From Lenisia limosa (Eukaryota; Protista; Breviatea): DNA of 37,064 bases. Shown here piece by piece: positions 13,401 through 25,500 of this stretch (position 1 is its first letter; each line of letters opens with the position of its first letter). The position numbers and the translations under genes are program-made. The stretch is from contig LPNZ01003457.1 of the NCBI GenBank assembly GCA_001655205.1, positions 1 through 37,064 of the forward strand. Direction: 5' to 3'. The notes beneath the pieces are model-generated. The model worked only from the letters and a program-made list of their open reading frames with translations. It had not been told where the DNA came from and did no database searches.

Positions 13401-16400
13401 TGGCCTGTGTCAGTGCCGAAACCTCTTTTACAAGTTCAGAAGTGCTGCGCTACAGAATAAGGTTTCCAAGTACTACCCGCAGAGATATCGAAATGAGACC
13501 CTTTGGCAAACCTGAAGAGTGGCTGTCTCGTTTTCCAGGCCTTGGATCAGGGTATCCCGAGTCCCAAGCTCTTTCTGAACAAACTCGGACTCCTTCGTTT
13601 TGGACACCAAAAGGGACTCGGTCTGGGAAATGAGTTGGTCCTTAGCAAGGAGTTCCTGGTCTTTCTGTGATGACTCAAGGAGAAGAACATTAAGCTTAGA
13701 CTGAAGGGCAGCAGCGTTCTTGTTGTCTTGCTCCAATTGCTTAGAAGTGCGCTCCATATTCTCGGTGATACTCTGCTTCTGCAAAGTCAATTAAATGAAT
13801 AATATATATTTGACACTTAAATAAAACAGAACAGGTAATATAAGTCAGATGAGATGAAAAGTCAGAACAGATGAAAAGCATGTCAAAACAAACCAAATGA
13901 TAATGCTTGTTGAGTTTGCCCTCAAGCTCTTTCGTCCTCTGCTGCTCATTCAACAGGATCTGACCGGTGCTCTCCATGTCTTCTTGGAGCTGATAGCACT
14001 TCCTTTCCAGAGCCTTCTTTTCATCCTTCAGCTTATCCGTTTCAGCAAGAGAATTTTCGAGTTTGGCGTCGGCGTTTCGAATGTTACTGGTGAGTTTTGC
14101 AACCTCAGCCTACACGTGTGACATGGAGTCAAAATAAGTAGTAGGTGAGGAAAATGAAGACGTTAAATATCTGTCAGGGAGTTAGGAAAAGATCAGATGT
14201 GGTACCGAATAAAATGACTATACCTTAAGCTCCTCTTCTGCCTGAGTACAGGACTGGACAGAGGCCTTTTCAGTTTGCAATGTGTCATGTAGCAAAGCGG
14301 CTTGGCTCTCCGCTTCTGACACCCTGACCATGGCATCATCCATCCCTGACCGCAGACCCTCAAGTTCAAACTCAAGGTGGCTGCAGGTTGCCTGTGAGTT
14401 GGCATACTGCTCCTCAAGCTTCTCAATCTGAACATGGTAGGTGGCAATTTGGCCTGCTGACTTCCGAGCCAGAGATGACGTGTCAAAATGGGCTTGTCGC
14501 TCCTCCTGTAGAAGGTTCTCGAGATGGCTTGTGGATGCCTGGAGTGTCTCAATGTCACTGATCTGCGCAATGTAAGCGGAATCAAGGTTATTATGTGCAA
14601 ATTAAGAAAAAACATTAAAAACCAACGCAGAAATCCAGGAAACAATATCTCATCCGCAGACCTTATTTTGTACCTCAAGATTAGTGCGCTTGCTTTTGGC
14701 CTTCAGTTCTAGGATGACGGTATTTAAAGACTCAATTTCATCTTCAAGAGCCTTCTTGCCTGCCACACTCAAGTCGTTGCATGACTTCTGGCTCTCAAGT
14801 TCCTGCCTCAAGTCCTCAATAGTGCGTTCCAAGTCGATCACCTTCCTCTCGGTCTCTTTCAGCTGCTGTCTTTTCAATTCTCCTTCTTCAACTAGGCTAC
14901 CAAGCTTTTCCACCTTTTCTTCAGCAACCTTCACGTTGGCCTCAGCCTGGACAATAGTAGAAGCGTCACGGGCTGCGTTACTTGAAAGTTGGCTGCATGT
15001 CCGCGCCAGATCTATTTCGCGTCCTTCCGCCTCGGCTCGGAGTTGGTCGGCTTCCAGCACTCGACATTCCAAGGTTTTTACCTAAAACAGCCGTGAGAGC
15101 GTACACTCTTTGACATTTTGGAAATGATTAAGCAAACGGACTCACTCACCTTCGAAGCCAACCCATCAGCTAATTTAGTTACACTTTGCATGTCTGAGTG
15201 CATTGCAAGCGATTGTTCTTCAAGCCTTCCGATCTCCTTTTGATGTTCTTGTCCCATGTTTCCTGCGGGGGTCAATGGAGGGGCCCTATCATACATACAT
15301 ATGTATCAACCCTAAGGACCCCACGTTGTTTATTGATGTGATCGATCTCCCGCATTTCGGCCGCCTTCAAAGCGTCATTGGCGTCCTTCAGCTTGATATC
15401 GAGGGTTTTTTGGATCGAACGTGCTGCTGACGTCTCATGGCGGGAGAGGTCGGCTTCGGCAGACGCGGTCATGGTTTGGGCCCGGAGGGATTGCGTCTCC
15501 TCAAGAGCTTCCGAGAGATGCTTCTGACTTGACGCCTGTGAAGTTAGGAGTGCAGAGTGTCTTGGTTGAAGAGAACCCAGCTCACCAGCAGCCCTTCCAG
15601 TGTTTTAACTTCAGCTGCATACTTATCACTCAAATGGTGGGATTCCTCCAGGGCAATCTGCTGGGTCAGAATCTATGACCGCTATCATGAGATCAATCCA
15701 GTTTTGCAGACCTTTTGTGCTGAGAGTTCGGCCAAAGAGGACGTAGTTTTGGTGCGCAGCTCTTCAACTTCCTAATTGGGAATTATTAAGGCTTGGAGAG
15801 AAGTGATGATTGGCCGATCTGGGGTCAACCCTTGCGTACGATTTCCAAATGTTTGAGGTTTTCACGTGCGCGTGAGGATTGCGCCAGCGCCTTGTCCCGT
15901 TCAGAGATGGTGGTATCAAGAACTCTACCGTCTCTAGCTCGCTCCCTCTCAGCTTCCACAACCTGATTACGTGAGCTTCCAGAAAAGAAGAAACAATATC
16001 CTACCTTTGCTTCAGCATCATTGAACAACTGAAGTCTTTCATCCGCAAGTCCCTCAAAAATGAAACGGCTGAAGTGCAAAAAAAAGCTGTCAGTAAAGAT
16101 GCGAAATTATCCACCCCTCCCCCTACTTCAGCTGCAGCCTTGTTGGCTTCGCATAGGGCAATTCTGGCTTCTACACGCCTGAGAGACTCCTGTAATGTCT
16201 CGCATCTGATTAATTAGTGGATAATGAAAGAGTAACATGTAATACTTCAAAAATATGACAGTAACAGTCTGCCACCTACCTTATTTCAGTCTCTTCCCTC
16301 TCCGCATCGCTTTGCCTGAGCTCCCTCCTGGATTCTAGAACCGAAGCCTCGGCCTCTTGCAGCATTGCCCTTGCCTCACTCTCAGCCTGGCCGGCTCGGA

Positions 16401-19400
16401 GCACTGCCGAGTTTGCTTCATCCTTGGCCAACTTGGCTTCTCGCGAAGCTTGATGCGCCGTTTCTTTGTAGGCCGCAAGCTCGGCCTTACTCTGCTCCAG
16501 CTGAGATTCAAGCTTAGAAACAAGCGCCTTCTGTTCGCTGAGCTGGAGCTTTGTTGTTTTGAGTGTCTCCGTGATTGAGTCGAGTTCACGGACCGAGGCC
16601 GTGGAAGTGTCTTCAGACGTAGCGAGTCGCGACCTTAGTTCAACAATTATCGACCCGCAATCCGCGTGGTCCGACTTGATCTGTTCAATCTGGATCTTGG
16701 ACCCACTGACAACTCCCTGCAGCTCCGCCAGCTTGCGAGTCAGCTCAGCGTTGTTCTCAAGAACGGCGCGATTGGCATCATCGAGGCGCGCGCGCCCTGC
16801 ATCGGCGGACTCATACTCCTTCTGTGCCTTGGCGTGAAGCTGCTCAGAGTCCCGCAGCCGCATGTTACAACTATGGAGGTCAGTCTCCAGGTTATTAACA
16901 ACAAGGCGGGTCTGGCTCAGTTGAGCCGAAAGACTCTCATTATCATTCTCGAGGTCATGGCTCTGCGACCGAATGGAAGACTCAAGGTGCTTCACTTTCT
17001 CCAACTCGCCTGTGAGCGCCGCAACTGTCTTGGTCAATTCATCCGATTTGGCTGCTGACACTGATAAATCGAGTTCGAGCTGCTGCGCTGTTTCTTGGGA
17101 CCTCCGAAGCTCAAGGGATGCCGCCTCCAGCTCATTTTCGGTTTTGTCAACAATGGCTCTACTCTCCTTCAGTTTTTTGGAAAGCGCCAGATTAGCCGTT
17201 TTCAGAGCTTCATTCTCCGGGGTTAAAAAGTCGACGCTTGTCTGAAGTCCTTCGTTGGCATTCAAGGCAGTAGAAAGGCGGTCTGATAAGGCCTTGCTTT
17301 CTTCCGTCACGGTTTCTGCAATTGATTGAGCCTCAGCGATATCTGAAGTTAAGCACTCAACTTCTTTTTGAAGGGTGCTGTTCTCCTCCTCCAAACCTCT
17401 GGCCTTAGCAGCATTCTCATTGGCATGTGTTGAGAATTCCTCAATTTGCCGTGTGAGCGAGGTGTTTTGGGTGGACAGTGAGTCAATTTTGTTCTCAAGC
17501 CCAGACTTTTGCGTGTTGCTGAAAACCAGAAGCTCACTTGCTTCATCAAAGGACTTTTGTGTCTTCATTCTCTCAGCCTCTACCTGATCTCTGTCGGCCT
17601 GAAGGTTGGAAAGAGTCTCGTTCAGAACAACAATCTGCGAATTCAGTTCAGCATTACGGTCGTTTGCTTCTCGTGTCTCTTCAACCTGTCTTTGCAACGA
17701 GGACTGCAAGACAGACATCTCAGTCTGACACACATTCTGGGCATCCTTGGCAAAAGCAGAAGCGGCATGGGCCTGTTCAAGGGCCTGGTGGGCACCACGA
17801 AGGTCGGCCTCCAGATCGTCCCTTCGTTGCAGTAGGTCGGCACCGATGTTGTTCGCCTCCGTGATGCGCCTCTGATTCTCGTTATCGAGGGTCTCGAGAC
17901 GGCTGACTTCCGCCTTCAACTCCCGGGCTTCACTCTGCAAAGTTGAGAATTCGGCCATGCAGGTTTTGGCCTTCTGCAACATGGACTCACTGTCCTCGAG
18001 CTCTGATGCCAATTGGGCCGTCGACCGCTCCAACGCGGCGGTCTTCGCACTTTGAGCAACAACACGCTCCTCAGCCTCGACTAGGGCGTCTTCGACATCA
18101 CGCAGCTTTGCCTGGTGTCGTGCGAGTTGCTCACTCATCCGAACTTCAGTGGACGCACTAATTGTTTTAACTGAGTCAAGCTCAGCCTGAAGGTTGACTT
18201 TTTTCGATTGAAATCCAGCCGACAGTGCTTCGGCATCCAAGAGCGCTTGTCGGGTTGTCTTGAGCGCTGTCATCGTATTCGCGTGCTGCGCCATTTCATC
18301 CGCATACTGGCCCTCTAACCGGGCTAATTGTCGGTCCGAGGCGGATTGTCGGTCCTCCGACTCTTTAAGGCTGAACGTCAGGTCGGCAACAACCTGACGC
18401 GCATGAGCAACTTGCGTAGACGCCTCCTCTAAATCCCTCTCAACAGTAGCAAGTCGTAGTTCAGCTGCATGAGCATGACGCTCGCCTTCCTCCGCTTGCG
18501 CTGTCATTTTTACCAAGCTGGAACGGCAGGCGGAGAGTTGAGAGTTCCGATTGTCTTCAAGAGAATTCAGCTTGGAGTTTGCTGATTCGAAGTGGGTGAT
18601 GTCACTTTGTGCTTGTCGCAATTTGCTGACTTCCTTGGAGATCTTTTCTTCAGCCTTAGTGAGCTGCTCAGCTTTGACTGACAGTTGCGCTCTATGGTGT
18701 TACACAAGATGAAGCTCTTATTTCAGGATGATAATAATGACAGAGTTTCAATCCATATGATAAAACGAACCTGGCTTCAGCATCCAATGCCTCAAGTCGC
18801 TCGACCTTTCTTGACATAATCGACACCTCATTTGACAGCTCATTCTCGCGCTCCTGTGCCGCACGCGCTGTTATTCGCGCTATTGTCATCATCAACAAGT
18901 ACAGAATTTTTTTTAGAAACAAATATGGCAACAGTTGCAAGGGAACCAATCACATTGAACACATTATGAATACATGATTGAAATCATAATATTTAGATCC
19001 AGCACCATGACAGCCAAGCTCACCGTCAGAAAGACGAGATTCCACATCTGAGAGGTCCGTTTCGGCCCGCGTTAGCGAGGCCTGGGTCCGGTCCAACTGC
19101 TGGTGTATATTCTCATTGTCAGTCTAGATGGTAAATGACATCTAAAATGTTGTAGATTATTGCATAATAGTGTCCTTACATAGATTAGCAGGGATTTCAA
19201 TGTCAATATTGAAACAGCCCCCTGACCATTTGTGAAGCTAGGTTCTTTCTGAGATCGGAAATGACGTTTGCCGATTCTGTAGCAAGATGGGATGATGCTT
19301 TGTTTGCCGCATCCTTGTCCGCAAGGGTGTTTTCAAGTCCTCGGAGTTTTTCATTTTGCTCAGCAACCTACATATATTTATGAAAATTGTACTATTCGAT

Positions 19401-22115
19401 GAATAGTCTACCTTGGAATTTAGCTGTAATATCTCAAGTTGTTTCTCTGTTTCACGCTCTTCGGAACATTTCAATTCTTCTTCAATCTGTGGATAGAAAT
19501 TTTAGAAAAGGTCACCAAATTAAGGATATAATCATGGAGCCCAATTACCTGTTCTCTGAGCAAGTCAGCAGCTCTTATAGCATCTTCTCGGTTCAAGATG
19601 GTCATCTCAAGAGATTCTTTAATCTATAATATAACTAGTTTGAAAACCAGAAAAAAAAAGAAATACTGAATAATAATCATTGGAAATCAGACCTTGCTAA
19701 GTTCGATTGCTGCTTCCTCAGCCGACGCAAGAGAAGTACTTAGGCTCTCAATACTGTCATTATGACTTTTTAGGGCTTGTTCCATCTAGATTTGTGAACT
19801 GGCACAAAGAAACTGTCTTGATTTGCGAAAACCAACCTCCAGAATTCTCTCTTGATAGCCCTTGTTTTCTCCGCGCAACTCGGCCATAACTTTTTTAGTT
19901 TCTTCACTGAACGTTTGGAGGCTTGAAATTTCTGCCTTACTTTCTGACAAATCTGGGGGTTAGGTTACATATAAAAAAAACAAAACAAAAAATGGAGGGT
20001 TCTCTGAACACAACTAACCAGCAACTAGTGAAGCTTTTTCTATGTTGATCGAGCCTGTTGCTTCATCAGCAATATTGTGAACATTATTAATCTGAGAAGT
20101 TAACCAAAAAAATACCCGGCCAAGTCTATCTCCTTCAACATACCTCAGCCTTTAATTCTTCAATTTGGGCAGTAAACTCTGTTGCTGCATTCTCCATATT
20201 CTAAGACCGTGAGTGCCAAAAGAAAGGGACAAGCAGCAGCAGCAGCTCACGGTATCCATTTCCGCTATCACATCGGTGAATTCGAGTCGCTCTTTTTCAA
20301 GAGCATCTTCCAACTGCTCAGCTCGTTCCTGATTAGTTACGTTAATTAACATTGCTGCAACATACTGTCGCCTCCAAAGCCGTTACTGCATCATTTGAAG
20401 CTTGCTGAACTGCATCATTGAGGGCCCTCTCTAACTCCTCAACCTACAAAATGACATATCATAATTTTGGAATTGTAAAATCCTAATTAGCTCACCCTGT
20501 CATTGAGTTCAAGGTTTTCATCAACAGTTGCTGTTAACCTGTCATTGTCATCACATGTCCAGGAAATAAAAATGTGTCAAACGAAGAAAGGGTTAATCGT
20601 TTCTTGGTTGTCTCAGACACTGATAAAACCATAAAACAAAGAACAAAGTAAAACATATTGTTCTAAATAATTCTATCCCACTTTGCTTGGAAGTCGCTCT
20701 GAACGGCCTCGTAAGTCGCAAGTGTACCCTCAACATCACGACCTAAGGTGTTGGTTTGTGTTATGTTCAGGGGAAGAAGAGGATAATGAAAAAGAAAAAT
20801 ACAATACTCCCAACTTGTTGAGTTCTCAACGATGGATTCTGAGAGCTTCTTTTCTAAGTCTAAAATGCGGTTCTGTGCCTGCAATTCATGAGCATAATCC
20901 GAACCGGTCTGTCATAGACTCAGTACCCACTAGTTCGATATCAGCAAGATGCTCATTTTGACTCTCCTCAGCTGCCAGTAAAATCGCCTGAGTTTGTTCC
21001 TGCATTTGGGCGGCCCGCGATTCATGGAGAGCACAAAGGTCTTGTAGCTTGAAAGGTCAAAGGACAAATAACTCAGCCAAATTTTCCAATATTGTTTCAC
21101 TCAAAAAGGGCATTTTTAAGACACTCGATAAATGTTATTCCAGAAGGTCCCACCTCAGCGTTTTCAGCCCTTAGGTCCTGGACCTCTTCAGACGTACCGC
21201 CTCCCAACGACTTACTCTTGCACGCAAGTGACCTGCTGCATTAAAAAATAATTCCCATTGTCACTATAGCCACGGGATAAAACCCATTTTCAACACCATA
21301 CTGTGAGAGTGGTGTTCTGCCAGCAGCGCCAATGACAAGATTAACAGCAGCCTGCACTTCAGCCGGCAACCGTGAGAGTCGGGCCTCACCTTCTGTGATC
21401 AGACGCTGCTCCTGTAGTTGTAAATTGTAAAGTTGCAAAAACTGAGATCCTCTATTGGGATGCTACTCATTGCTGAAGTACACTTGGAATAGAGGGGTTG
21501 AGGGTAACATATTATCTGTAAACATCGCCACCCTTAAACTACAAATACAAACACAAATAAACAAATTAGCCAATTGATATAAAATTAAGGTTAAGAGCTT
21601 CAAAACAACAAACAAAACTCTAGTGTTATTATACTGACAACCCCCACCTCTGCAGCAATTGCAAGGGCTTCGTTGGATCCTTCTTCAACATGGCCAAGGG
21701 CTTCTCTTGCACTGGAAAGAGATTTGAAAAGCTAAATCGTTACAACAGTTAAGGGAATGTAGCTGAAAGCAACCCACAAGAAACTGACATCTACTCCTGA
21801 AGCCCAACAAAATAAACTTATTTACTGTGTTTTAACATTTTAAAGATCACAATCACCGGCACCCATTGTCCACCTACCTCAAGAACACCACTAGCATCAT
21901 TGTGGGACTTCAGAAGAGTGAAAAGGGTTGAATGGAGCTCTGATGACTGGGAAAATATCAATAATACTATATTTATTTAAAATTTAAGTAAGAAAGTATG
22001 AGAGAGGGCATATAGGACAAAGCGTTACTAAAACCAGAAACCTAACCTCTCTTTCGAGGTATTCTACTTCGCTAACAAGCTCAGGAATAAGATCCTCTGA
22101 ATAGGCGGTGGCCAT
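7419..22115 (-). CDS. Giant coiled-coil protein (several thousand aa, dozens of introns) with internal Pro-rich segments; no catalytic or motor domain seen
   Basis: Putative start MATAYSEDLIPELVSEVEYLERE|GTTAGG at 22115. Continuous E/K/L/Q/A/S-rich heptad-like exons on the minus strand, including the 781-aa ORF 16276-18621 and ORFs 14650-15072, 13473-13790 and 10284-10856. Probable last exon RGVPLVTANINAK*, stop near 7419. A split into two genes is not excluded. Confidence 0.75.
8765..8826. repeat. Short tandem duplication at an exon/intron junction of the coiled-coil gene
   Basis: gcaccatgaatgattgtgac occurs twice and actattctgc occurs twice, with a small ccctc-containing insert. Confidence 0.85.
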
Positions 22116-22587
22116 TCTCTTCTTAGGAGTGTACCTGCTCAGACCTCATTACATTGTTGTCGCGGATATTGAATAGTAACTGGATAGCTACTGTGATTGG
22201 CTCAAATTGTGCTTCAACCAACTTCAAAAAGAAAAAATTGAACAAAGCAAAAACGCAAAAACTGAAAAACCTGGAAATGAATGAAACCTGTTGTAGGTGC
22301 AGGCAAGGTGCAAGGGGGAGAGAGGTATGGTAACTAATTCCCAAATGCACTATTTTGTTGTAGCAGCAGCTACTAAGCAATTGTCCTATATGAGTGGCTT
22401 ACGATCCTTAATATATATATGTATATAGATAAAAGCAACAATGAACTAACTTGACAGATTTTTTTACAGACATATATTTTACAACAAGAAGCAAAAACAG
22501 AAGAAAAAGAAATACAGAAATAGGAAAAACAGAAAAGCATAACATGGAATTGAAAGAGAATCGTCAACAGAGTAACAAAGTATGTAT

Positions 22588-25500
22588 CTATCGGTGAGAT
22601 TCCTCGAGTTGCATCAGAAGCGAGGCCGTAAGACGCGGCCGATCTGGATCATAAGTTTCGACATCAAGGACAGGGTGAAAAGGTGAAAAGGAAGTTCAAC
22701 ATACCTTTCGCATCGTCAAGAGGCGGCTCATTCTCGGCATCATTCGTCATTTCGACTGCCACCTTCTTCTGACGAATACTGGGTAGACTCACGTTAATCT
22801 GTACGATGAGAAGAAGCGGGCAAAAAGAGAATAACATACTGCAGATTCACCGATAGTGGACGGAGGAGCCGGAGTGAGAGATGGGTTCTTGATGTCCAAA
22901 TCCATCACCGTCGTGGACGGGCTTGGGGGCTGTGTGACAGAAGCCGCCGGATATTCACCATAACGAGTCAGGAAATACGTCTGCATCTTTCCTAATAAGG
23001 TAAATGGTCCGCACCAAAGTCCTCTTACCCTTTCCTTTAATATCTATAGTGGGGCGACAATGGAACATAAAATCAGGGTTGCCAAGAATGGATTGACGAA
23101 CAACAGACGACACGTGCACGCAGCCAGGCTCCGAGGTTTGTTCCATCCTGCTTGGGTAAGATTCCTCACCCAGCTACTCCTCAAACCGGGCAGCTGCGTT
23201 GGAAACGTCTCCGATGACTCCGAACCGTGGCTGAGTTAACCCTACAACCCCCGCCACTGCAGGTCCGACTGACATTCCTTATTGGTTGGTGAAAAGAAGT
23301 ATAAAAGCAACAAACCGATTCTGACAGACAGTCCGCACATCTCATCGCCAAGTCCCTCAACCGCGTCAATCATGTCCATGGACATGCCACACATTCTAAA
23401 GGGTCAATACTGTTAAAGCAGGGTGGTAATTCAGAAAAATGGCTCGGATTTTCGTTCAATTTTCTCTTAGATTGACGCATATTGAACGTGATATACACAA
23501 AAACTTGGAGTCAAACGCATATTACACAAAAACTTGGAGTCAAACGCATATTGAACGTTCTAAATTTTCTGAATTACAACTGTACCCAATCAAACCTGAA
23601 AGTGTGATCTTCGCACGGGTCTGGTACACCTGAAGCGAGCATATAGCCATCGCCAGCTGTTTCAACTACTCTGTGAATACATGCAGCTGATGCCCCACCT
23701 TTATATACGCCATGCAGTCCTATCAAAGCGTCGTAAGCGGTGTAGAGAGTGTTGAGCAGACGAATGACGTGGACTGGCTGAGACCCCGCAGCGAACGCAG
23801 TAAAACCTGAGCCAAGTGACAAGGAAGTCTTATTTTGTCTTTGAGAGAGAAGGGCGTACCTTTGATATCGGAGAAAAGCACTGTGACTGAATCGTAGGAA
23901 TACGCAGTGGCCCGCCCGGTTTGCCTAAGTTCTATTGCAACCACTTTTGGCAACATCTACAGAATTAGAAGGTAATGGAACTTAGCATTTATCAACTCCA
24001 ATGCTAACTTGGAAGAGAAGGCGTTCAGTGAGTTCGACTTCCCTTTTCTTTGACTCCACTCTATTGTTCCACATGCTGGCCAAAACAAACGACACAATGA
24101 ACAGGAATATGACCAGCACAACTTGAGGGTTAGAAGAACATAATCTCGCCACCCAGCTTACCAGCGCTGATGATGGATGAAATCATGATTTCTTTAAAAG
24201 GTTGTTCGCTCTCATCCACCAGAGAAACCAGAATCCAGGATGCAGTGTTTTGTTGGGCAATCTCCTCCAAGGACTGTAGAGATAACTTGGAGTAGCACAA
24301 CCAACCAATCCTTCCTGACTCATTGATGACCGTTCCGGGTATACAAAGGCCACAGACACCAAATCATTTGATTCTGTGAATCGTTGGTTTGTGAACCTTG
24401 CTTCCAACCGCATCTCCTCAATCTGAAATGTCAAGAGAGACATGCGAGCACAAAAAGAGAGTAGCACTGCATACCACTTCCCAGGCATCTGTGTTGTGCA
24501 TCTTCATGACATGTGTGGGTTGGTCATACATGAAACCCCATTCAACAAGTGGCGTGGATCCCAGAAGGAAATAGCTAAAAAGTGACGAAAGAAGAAAAAC
24601 AAACCCATCCGCATTCATGAGTAGCGTTTCGGATGATGATTTACTAGAGGCGCTGAGTGTGTCCAGTATAAGTTGTCCTGGAATGTGAGATTCTCCTCTA
24701 GGTATCACGAAAAGCTCCACACCCAGACCTTTGAAGTTAATAATAATGCTACCAAGTTTGTTGTTAAGAGGGGACCACACCGGACGACCAAATCGAATCA
24801 TTGGGTTTGGTGGGTCCTGAGAAGGTCAAATGCTGTGCGACTTGAAAGTCCCCAATTGCAACACATTTTCATATGGCATTTCACTTTCACGAATTGCAAA
24901 CCTCAATTTGTCCATTTTCCACATTCAAGTCAAAAGGTGAGGCGTACACAACGCCCGGAAGGGCAGAGTAACTCTCGATAAAGTAATAACGGTCGCTTTT
25001 ATCTTGAAGGCCAGATTGGCCGATCTGTTGAATTAGCTGAAATTCTAGATATGACATGCGAAAACCCTTCAAGGCCCTCAGACCACTATCGGCCCATCAT
25101 CATTGTTAACCCGTACAGTTTCAAAACCATCGTTGTTTAAGAATCGAATCTAATGAAATAAGGGAACATGTGCAATGATAACAAAAAATAAGCCGATTTG
25201 GCGAAACTCACCTGAGCATAGACTCCTTCTCGTGAACTTGAGGAGGCACTGAAAACCTCTTGAATATTTGTCACCTCTTGTGGGATAGGAATTGAGTCAT
25301 TGGAGGGATCTGAGATCAGTGACAAGACTGAATTGGACCTTGTCATCCCAACCTTGACTATCATTTTTTTTACTCTTCACTTGTATTTTTTTTATGATCC
25401 TAGACTAATTTATTTTCATAACCATTTTCCAGTATAACATTAACATCTGAAAGTCTTGTGCAAATACCAAAAATACAATCACTAATGTCCTAAATACACG

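Noticed and set aside
16357-18161. Multiple plus-strand ORFs of 70-130 aa opposite the long exon, and similar ones at 10024-10840 and 14684-15085
   Set aside because: These are antisense shadows of coiled-coil codons (S/L/A/R-rich), with no domain signal or splice support.
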